From: Balanoglossus misakiensis
Lineage: Eukaryota > Animalia > Hemichordata
Reading direction: 5' to 3'
Assembly (NCBI GenBank): GCA_040954595.2
Contig: CM082585.2
Location: 4,551,358-4,615,357 of the forward strand
Length of the DNA: 64,000 nt
The notes beneath the pieces are model-generated. The model saw nothing but the letters and a program-made list of their open reading frames with translations, did not search any database and was not told the origin of the DNA. The position numbers and the translations under genes were made by a program. Below, one piece after another: positions 52,401 to 61,420 of the stretch. Each line of letters starts with the position of its first letter. Position 1 is the first letter of the stretch.

Positions 52401-55115
52401 TCAAGGCATGTCCACATTTTCGTACTTTTAAAAACATGCCCGCCAATTAAACAGTCATCATCAGTTTTGTTATGCTTAAAAATGTGTGCATCTCGCGCTT
52501 GTCGCGTGGAAATTGCTTTGTTTTCTCAAAAAACGTGACTGGATGTTCACTTGGCGATGTCCAGAGGTCGCCCGTAAACCTGGATACCACTTTTGACCTT
52601 TGACTGTTTATTTCAAAACCACGTGAGCATCAGGGGTAAACAAATTACCCATGCATAGCATGCAGTTGTGTTGTTTATGTTTGTTTCACCATGAACGTCC
52701 ATGGTTTCGCAAGTTGCTGACTAAAATCAAAGTGGCAAACTTTCCATATAGGCCTACAAAAATTGTTCTCCGAAGGCAAAGATATAGAAAAAGGGCGTCT
52801 GTTTCCGCAGAAATGGGCCTACAAACGCTCGTAGCGGCATCTCAGCCTCAGACCCCAGACAAACGTCATTGATTCTCTAACAACATGAACTGTGACGTTT
52901 TTTCCACGTCTTACAAGTTACAATGACCGGTGGACGGTCATCGAAACCATTCCCGCAGGCAAACAAATGTGCAGGCTCGCTTTAGGACCGGTAAACTTTT
53001 CAAATCCACCTTTCTCGTATTGATTTTACCCACCGATATTCTCATGGGCCACCAGTACATGCCCTTGTAATTTCGTTTTACAAGAAAGTAACAGCGACGG
53101 ACGGGCGAATCAGTGAAAAAAGTTCGGATTGATGTCGTAGAACAAGGGTAAATTCGGTAAATTTTAATTTGACCTGTTTTACCTCTTACAAGTGGCTATA
53201 CGGGCCAGTTCATGTGATAACTCTATAAATATTGTAAAATCTGAATGTGCCGCGGAACATAAACAGATGCCGCGCCAGGCAACGCATTCATAATTCTTCC
53301 TGTCCGGCTTCTGTGCATTATACATATTCATGTATTTAGCTTCTTGTTGATTTATGAATATATGAATATTAAGTGGTACCCGGGTTTACGGGCAACCTCT
53401 GGACATGCCTTGAGCGAATTTCCTCCCTTCCTCTTCTTTTACCCAGTGAGAACTGATCAATGTTTACTTTATCCACTAAATCCGTGGATGGGGCACACAG
53501 ATTAAGTCGTTAGCAGGTGTGTTATGGGAAATGCGATAGCTTGTATTCTGGATTAGCAACTGATAAGATAGGTGGAGGTAAAACAGAAAGATAAACAAGC
53601 ACAAAAACTGTTCATCAAGTACTGTTTATTGGGGGAAAATGCAGGAACTCCGCCATTTATAACTTTCATGTTTGCAGCCCCCTGTGGTGGCAGTACCAAA
53701 TGCTATACATTTGTATATCCAAATGTAACGTAAAATAAATTACAATACTATTGCTAACTGCATGCATGTCATTTGCATACACACTGGTGTTATTAACTCT
53801 ACAGATACATTTGGATTTTTTCCCCTATGAGACAATTTTCCTTACCTTTCCAGATGTTTGTTTCCATCCAACAGATGTGTCCCTGATAATCCACACCCTG
53901 GCACACTTTGGCCATATTGAACTGAACCCACTGGATGATGTCATCAGTGGAGATGTTGAACGAGAACTTGAGAGAGCACGGGTGCTGAACCTTGATGGCC
54001 AAACTGGACAGTGCCTAAGAGGATCAGTAATTGAAGAGTGTAGTACCGATAGTCAGCAAGAACACACAGAGGTCTACACAAGTGAAAGGACATATTCATC
54101 CAGTGAATGTGAGAAAACATTTACGCAAACTGGAAATCTGAAGAGACACATGAGGATCCATACAAAGGAAAGACCATTTGTTTGCAGTAAATGTGGGAAA
54201 ACGTTTACACAAAATGGAGATCTGAAGGTACACATGAGGATCCATACAAAGGAAAGACCATTTGTTTGCAGTGAATGTGGGAAAACGTTTACACAAAATG
54301 GACATCTAAAGACACACATGGGGATCCATACAAAGGAAAGACCATTTGTTTGCAGTGAATGTGGGAAAACGTTTACACAAAATGGACATCTGAAGACACA
54401 CATGAGGATCCATGCAAAGGAAAGACCATTTGTTTGCAGTGAATGTGGGCTAACTTTTGCACTAAATGGAAATCTGAAGAGACACATGACGATCCATACA
54501 AAAGAAAGACCATTTGTTTGCAGTGAATGTGGGAAAACGTTTACACAAAATGTAAATCTGAAGAGACACATGAGGATCCATACAAAGGAAAGACCATTTG
54601 TTTGCAGTAAATGTGGGAAAACGTTTACACAAAATGGAGATCTGAAGGTACACATGAGGATCCATACAAAGGAAAGACCATTTGTTTGCAGTGAATGTGG
54701 GAAAATGTTTACACAAAATGGACATCTAAAGACACACATGGGGATCCATACAAAGGAAAGACCATTTGTTTGCAGTGAATGTGGGAAAACGTTTACACAA
54801 AATGGACATCTGAAGACACACATGAGGATCCATGCAAAGGAAAGACCATTTGTTTGCAGTGAATGTGGGCAAACTTTTGCACTAAATGGAAATCTGAAGA
54901 GACACATGAGGATCCATACAAAAGAAAGACCATATTCATGCAATCAATGTGGGAAAACGTTTACACAAAATGTAAATCTGAAGAGACACATGAGGATCCA
55001 TACAAAGGACAGACCATTTGTTTGCTGTGAATGTGGGAAAACGTTTACACATAATGGAGATCTGAAGAGACACATGAGGAATGTGGGAAAACATTTACTC
55101 GAACTGGACACCTAA
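49429..55115 (+). CDS. C2H2 zinc-finger gene, copy 7 (exons 49429-49525, 50017-50139, 53854-55115; 1 degenerate + 10 intact fingers, then frameshift)
   Basis: Conserved splice sites. A ~34-nt deletion at 55080 shifts the frame, leaving 3 more fingers out of frame (to 55396). Confidence 0.8.
50178..51965 (-). mobile_element. Intact Tc1-like DNA transposon
   Basis: Perfect 28-bp TIR CAGACCCGCCAATAAGTATTTACGCACC; TA TSD; empty site GGAGGTATATAG in the other units. Confidence 0.96.
50470..51519 (-). CDS. Tc1-family transposase (349 aa from MPKVREL), DD42E triad
   Basis: HTH region with SGRQR, then VWSDESKF, TVKFGGGSVMVWGCF, FQQDNAPVH and WPAQSPDLSPIENLW. The second D (50785-50787) and the E (50656-50658) are separated by 42 codons. 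Confidence 0.95.
   Translation of the reverse strand: MPKVRELPEFLKGQIEALHRQGLRNREIARKFGITEGSVRYNIQKLAQNGSTDNLPRSGRQRRTTEWEDRMLIRSSLTDRFKTARDLRAKFHEDTGKLLSLSTIKSRLYRGARLCGCVAKKKPKLQPRHITARLRFARRYVNWTPVQWSRVVWSDESKFTVYRSRGRVFVRRRPGEEYEIDCISPTVKFGGGSVMVWGCFSAAGVGSLVRVENTMNRWKYLDVLQNEMLPSALRLVGPDFVFQQDNAPVHTALDVKSFLQNPQDYGNPFDNFTTLEWPAQSPDLSPIENLWELIDLDVHSRPIHSIDDLFDRIVTSWEQFQQNMCRKLVDTMPKRLREVIRRRGGHTHY
52178..53686. mobile_element. 1.5-kb P-like element (same insertion as 37305-38817)
   Basis: Same TIR and site; TSD GTGGCA(A/G). Confidence 0.88.
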
Positions 55116-56171
55116 AGAAACACATGAGGATCCATACAAAGGAAAGACCATATTCATGCAATAAATGTGGGAAAATGTTTACACAAAATGGAGATCTAAA
55201 GAGACACATGAGGATCCATACAAAGGAAAGACCATTTGTTTGCTGTGAATGTGGGAAAACGTTTACACAAAATGGACATCTAAAGAAACACATGAGGATC
55301 CATACAAAGGAAAGAAAATATTCATGCCATGAATGTAGGAAAACGTTTACACAAAATGGACATCTAAAGAAACACATGAGGATCCATACAAACTAAAGAC
55401 CCTATTCATGCAATGTGGGAAAACATTGATGCAAACTGAACATCCAAAGGAACACATGAGGCACCAAACAAAAGAAAGACCATATTCATGCAATGAATGT
55501 GGGAAAACTTTTACTCAGAGGGGCCGTCTGCAGAAAGATACAAGGATCCATATAAATCTAAGACCTTATTCTTGCAGAGAATGTGAGAAAAACATTCAGA
55601 GTTTCAATCTAAAGAAACACAGAATGATCCATACAGTTGAAAGTCTGTATTCATGCAATGAATGTAGGAAAACATTCAATCAAATAACCATCTAAAGGAA
55701 CATACAAATGAAAGACCATATTCTTGAAATGCATGTGGGAAGACATTTACATCAGGAGGCCATTTCCAACAACACATGAAAATATATATAAGGTCCCAGA
55801 ACAAGAAATTCCATTTCACTCTAAGAGTCTTTGAATCAAAAGTTTTCTGGTAATTATAAAACTCAGAATCCCCTTAAAGCGGGCAGCTCGTCTCACGCGC
55901 ATGCACGTAACTTCCCAGGAAATTTTCCGTTCGATGCATTCAAAGAGTGGACTGCCTCTGCTTTCTTCCATATTTCATTCGCACCGTATAAGTAGATTCT
56001 GGTTTTGTCTCTCCTTTTCACCCAAGCTAGTATCTTTTCCCGATCTCCAACACAGATAATGGTCGCCGCCATCTTGTGTGAGCACTGCCTTATGGGATTG
56101 ACTGTTCACTAAACGTCTGTAACCAGCGGCTACAGTTGGAACATCCGTGTGAGACGAGCTACGCGCTTTAA

Positions 56172-56763
56172 AGCCCCAGTATTTCTCGTGTGTATCCATT
56201 TTTCATCATCGAAAAATGCCCGTTTTTCCTGTACATTCATCATGGAATACTACATAATGAAGATAGAAGAAAGGTTTGGGCAACTGTAGCTACATGCAAG
56301 CTGTAAATATTGCCCGTAACACTTGAAATGATGCGCGGGTTTGTTTACAACGGAAATGTTGTACATGTCGATCAGCAAACGTGCCACTTTGACATTTGAT
56401 GGTCAGACCATTTTCGGATTTGATCTGGTTCCATCGACTGATTTCTCCCATAAAGTTATCTTCCCAAAATTTCGCCGAATTAGTGCGCATTTCTTCGCTG
56501 AGTCGCTTGATTTGGGGCGACCAAACCTCTTCCGCATAGATTCACATTGGAGTGCCCATGCGCACTAGTCACGTGTGTCAACAGAGCCTGACTTTCTGTC
56601 CGGACAGAAAGTCATTCTTCACTCGTTATATTGTAAATTGTATGAGTTTATGAGCAGAGCTGGGGATGATGACTGTTCGATTCAGTATCAATTATCATAT
56701 ACTTTTAGAAATTATAGATGCCGTTTCAAACTAAATTTTGCCCCTACGAGAAATACTGAGGCT
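56172..56763. mobile_element. 592-bp TTAA-flanked element (Kolobok-like)
   Basis: TTAA|AGCCCCAGTATTTCTCGT...ACGAGAAATACTGAGGCT|TTAA (TIR 17/18); absent from the other six units. Confidence 0.85.
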
Positions 56764-57975
56764 TTAAACTAAGCATATATTTTCAGAAAGCTTAGATATA
56801 GAGGGGAACATTTTGGTTACTTCAGTGTGACAAGCAATATAAATAACCTTCCTGAAACTGGATATCCAATTTGAATTTGTGTGAATGCAAGCTGTTGTAA
56901 CTATAATACAAAGTGTGCCTGGGATGTTTTTCAGCCCCTTCTGAGTTGTAAATTAACCCTGTGGTCTATCAATTTGCTCCCCAAAAAATCTAGATAAAAA
57001 ATACTGTAATATTGTGTCAATTGCTGGGGCAAAGTTCAATAGGCAGGGGTGAAAACTGAACTCTATAGGTGCTGCCAAAGACAGTGACACTCTTCATCAC
57101 ACTTCGTTACTCGAAGTTACTTTGTTTACTTTGTTACTTCGTTACATTGTTTTGGGTATTTCCACCAAAGATTGTTGATTAGAGACAGAAAATGTGTGAT
57201 TTTGGCTTGAATATATTCAATCTGACTTTGAAGTATTCACTATTGGTAAGGATATCATCCATAATGAGTAGGATAGGGCTTAAAGGGACTCTCTTGCTGC
57301 CCCTTTTCCATGTTTGATACAAGATACCGTTTATGTTATTCTACATGTGGATGTATAGTGAATCAACTTTCGTCCACAAACAACTTCCATCCTGTTTGTA
57401 GGATATGAGAGTAAAAATCTCACCAAAATGAATGGGTAAACACCGATTATTCATTTTGGCGAGTTTTTTCACTCTCATGTCTCCAAGTGGGATAGAAGTT
57501 GTATGTGGTTGAACGTTGATTCACTATATATCCACATGTAGAATAACATAAATGGTGTCTTGTATCAAACATAATTAATAGAAACAAGGACAATGAAAGA
57601 GAGATTTTGTCGCTTTAAGTCTTTAGATTGTACACCAGAAATGTATATGAATTCCATGTTCTACCAAGTGAATTGGGATGTTTATTGTTATCACATTAAC
57701 AGTTGAAACGAATGTGTATTTGGAAAGGGCTGAACTACCATCAGAAGAATTGTTAACTGTTCACATTTTTGATCAATTCTTACAAGTGTATTTTGTGTTT
57801 TTGTTGTCAGGCCAATAAACAGTCAAAACTTGTTGAATTTTTGGAGTTAGCTTCCTGCCTCCTTCATTTTTTTTTTTAATCTGTAGTTCTGTATGAAAAA
57901 GATTTTGATTGATGTAGGCCCATAAGGAACCCAATTCATCCAAAACATGGACATGTTTCCGACTACTCATTAATT

Positions 57976-57979
<4 letters not shown>

Positions 57980-58011
<32 letters not shown>

Positions 58012-60272
58012 TTATTGAGCATTTCAGAAGAAAAAAAAAAGACAAGACAGAGAGGTACAAAAAAAACGAAAAAAAACAGGCTGGGAAGTGATTGGCAAAC
58101 TGTAGTAAACTTAAATCTGATAAAGAAAGAAAACAAAAACAAAGTTACATCCGCGTATATTTACTATTTATAATGGTGGGGGCTGTCCACAAAACTGACT
58201 TAGTTGTTTCCATTTGGGACCAGGGTTCATTTTGTCAAATTCTTTTAATTTCATTTTACATTTTTCAATTTCAATTTTTTGTTGTACCCATTTCATAAAA
58301 TATTGTATATTTGGTATTTTGTGTTTTTTCTTACATTCGTATATATGTTTCTTACCTAAAAGAATGACAAAATTGACAAGTGAAAAGTTGTCTTTCATGA
58401 TCTTTCCCAAAATTACATTCTCTGGTGATAGAGTAAGTTGAATATTACAATTTCGAAGCAGAACTAATTCAATATCTCCCCAGAATTGTAGGACATATTC
58501 ACATTCAAAGAAAAGATGAATTATGTCTTCAGTCCAAAGATGACAGAAAGTACATTTGTCTGAATCAATTACATTTCTTATTCTTAGAAATCTATTTGTA
58601 TCTATGATTCGAGTTAATATTTTATACTGGAAACTTTGCAGTGCTGTGTCATCTGTGATTTTAAAAATAAGTGGAAAGAATTTTGTTAGCCCTTCATTCA
58701 GATTGAATTCCTCTATCCATTTCGTTGTGCTGCTTTGAGATTTTACTCTTTTCATTGTGCAATTTTGAAAAAGGTTTAAATAAACTTGCCTACGAACTTT
58801 TCCTGATATGAACAGTTGGTTGTTATTTAATTTATTTGGGTTCTTTTTAGCATTTTCTTTCCACTGTCTCGGTATGGCGTCAATGAGACACATATACTTA
58901 AACACTTCAGAGTTGGGCAGATCAAATTTTTTCCTGAGGTCTTTAAAGTCCATTATACAATGTTTTTCATCTAAAAGGTCTTTGAAGTTACAAATACCCT
59001 GTTGATGCCAGGTTAGATAATGCACTATTTTATCACCGATTAAAATATTTGGATTTGCCCAGAGGCACTCTGAAATTGACCCTCTGGCCTGGATTTTATT
59101 ATTTGTGGGAAACCACGTGATCAGCGTGTTTTTCCAAAATAAATTTTGACTAAAGTAAGTAAAGGCCACTTTTTTAGCAATTTGCGCAGTGAAGTAGGGA
59201 AAACAGTGTCCACTGAACCCACATGTAATATTAAATAATTGTTTCCATTGTCCCGGTTTATCATCCATCAATCTGTATAACCATGATATATGGAGCGAAT
59301 CAGCCAATGTTGACAAATCTACCATATTCAATCCACCATTTTGAATATCACAGCACAGCCTGAGCCTATTAATTTTTGCTTGTCTGTTATTCCAAATAAA
59401 GCTTGAAAAAGCATCATTTAACTGTTGTAGCAGTGAAATCGACATCTTTGGTAGTATTGACATGATATGAATGAGCTTAGGTACTGCCAATGTCTTAACA
59501 ACACATATTTTCCCACGCAATGTCAGTGGCCGCATGGACCACATATTCAAAAGTCGTTTAATTGAATCAATTACCGGAATATAGTTCAGTTTTTCGTATT
59601 TCTCTAATTTGACGTCAAAGGTAATTCCAAGCAGAGTGAAAGGTTCGTCAGACCAATGTATATTATAATCAGTTTCTAATTGTTCATTACAGTATGCTTT
59701 CGAACCAAACCAAATAGCTTTTGTTTTCTCAAAATTTGGACGAAGACCGGAAATCAAAGAAAATTGTTTTAGTATTAAAAGCACTTCCTGCAATGAGCTT
59801 TGTGATCCATCTAGAAATAAGAATGAATCGTCAGCATATTGACCTAGTAGAAATTTCTCATGTTCTACTTGGAATCCTTTGACGTGGGGAGATCTTCTTA
59901 ATGCAGCAGCTAAAAGCTCAACAGCTGTTATGAATAAATAAGGTGACAGAGGATCACCCTGTCGAACACCTCTATGTATATTGAAAAAAGATGAAAAATG
60001 TCCGTTATTTATAACACAACTGTTTATATTTTTATAACACACTTCTATCCACCTACAGAATGTATGGCCAAAGTTAAAATATTTTAACGTTTTAAGCATG
60101 TAATCCCATTCTATTGAATCAAATGCCTTTTCGAAGTCGAGCAACAGCATTAACCCAGGTAGATTTCTTACTTAAGCAATAGAAAATATATCATAGACTA
60201 GTCGGGTATTTTCACCAATAAAACGCCCTTTTAAAAAGCCCTTTTGATTCTCATGAATAATACTTGGCAATA
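57980..60272 (-). mobile_element. 5'-truncated L1/Tx1-clade LINE (different family from 43681-48778)
   Basis: Poly(T) at ~57977-58006; TSD TACTCATTAATTGTTT (57964-57979 and 60273-60288). Confidence 0.93.
58168..60272 (-). pseudogene. Truncated LINE ORF2 (RT and C-terminal CCHC)
   Basis: LPSIIHENQKGF..GRFIGEN, an in-frame TAA at ~60173, then LDFEKAFDS, GVRQGDPLSPYLF, QYADD and CTFC..EDIIHLFFEC. The endonuclease domain is missing. Confidence 0.9.
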
Positions 60273-60715
60273 TACTCATTAATTGTTTGTATTCTGATCT
60301 TTACGAGTGTCATTGTGTGGTTTTTTGTTGGTCAATAAACAACTGAAACTGTCCAAATTTTGGAATGACCTTTGATCCAATTCCCCCCACTACAATATTC
60401 TATATACAGACTTTAAAAACTAAAAATGATTAGAAATGGGATACATTTTTGAGGGTCAAAATCTCACCCTGGAAAGTCTGACTTCGATAGTGCTGAGACA
60501 CATTTTGAAACCATCGTTTTATAATATTGTTTCAATGCTTGCAGTTGAGTTTGAAGTTTACTGGTGCGGGCGGAGACGAAGTTGTTGTCCGTCTATAGGA
60601 AGTTGACCGACCTTTCACGTACATGTCCTTGGTCACATCCCAACGAAAGCCCCTCTCAGCCCTTCCCGCCAGGTGGCGCCATTCACTGACCTGATGACCT
60701 TTCACCCTAGTTAAA

Positions 60716-61254
60716 ATGGCGGAAACTAACATGCTGCAGACTAGTCTCGGTTACCCAGAGCCCTCTGCTTCTTCCGTTAGGCACTTCAGAAAGAGGGTCT
60801 GGGGAAACCCGGTAGACAAACCGTCAGGCGGAATCGGACAGCTGCGATGCATGACGGGAGATTAATATTCGATACGATATTATGATATGTCGATATTAGA
60901 AAACTATTTACCGAACTTCTCTCTCTCTTTTCAATTTGTATACAGTTTTAGCAGGTCTAGCACTTCTCAGCATGTTTTCTTTATCGTATGTCATGCATGT
61001 CGCGACGTCGGCCGTGGGTTCGCGCGCAGGACGTCGCCATTTTGGAATATTAATCTCCCGTCATGCATCGCAGCTGTCCCGATTCCGCCTGACGGTTTGT
61101 CTACCGGGTTTCCCCAGACCCTCTTTCTGGAGTGCCTAACGGAAGAAGCAGAGGGCTCTGGGTAACCGAGACTAGCTGCAGACTAGACTGTGGCCGTGGA
61201 GAACTAGAAACCGAATGAACGCCACACCAATTTGCAACCACTTGACAAGTGTTG
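60716..61254 (+). pseudogene. Orphan exon 1 disrupted by a MITE (collapsed unit)
   Basis: ATG at 60716; MITE after codon 8; donor changed to GTATAT; the sequence then restarts in the promoter at ~61316. Confidence 0.75.
60742..61174. mobile_element. 433-bp MITE, TAG...CTA termini, ~130-bp TIR, 9-bp TSD (AcademH-like)
   Basis: TIR TAGTCTCGGTTACCCAGAGCCCTCTGC...; TSD GCTGCAGAC. Confidence 0.9.
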
Positions 61255-61420
61255 GTATATATCTTTTTCCACATCTGTTCCTGCTGAGTTCGAAAGATAA
61301 TGATTTGCAGTAATTCGGCCTGTCACGTGCATGTCCTTGGTCACGTCACATCCCAACGAAAGCCCCTCTCAGTCCTTTCCGCCAGGTGGCGCCATTCACT
61401 GACCTTTGACCCTAGTTAAA

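Noticed and set aside
2434-54943. Long minus-strand ORFs over the finger arrays (e.g. 29145-30398, 54074-54943)
   Set aside because: Antisense shadows of the stop-free 84-bp repeat, common for C2H2 arrays; no independent start or splice context.
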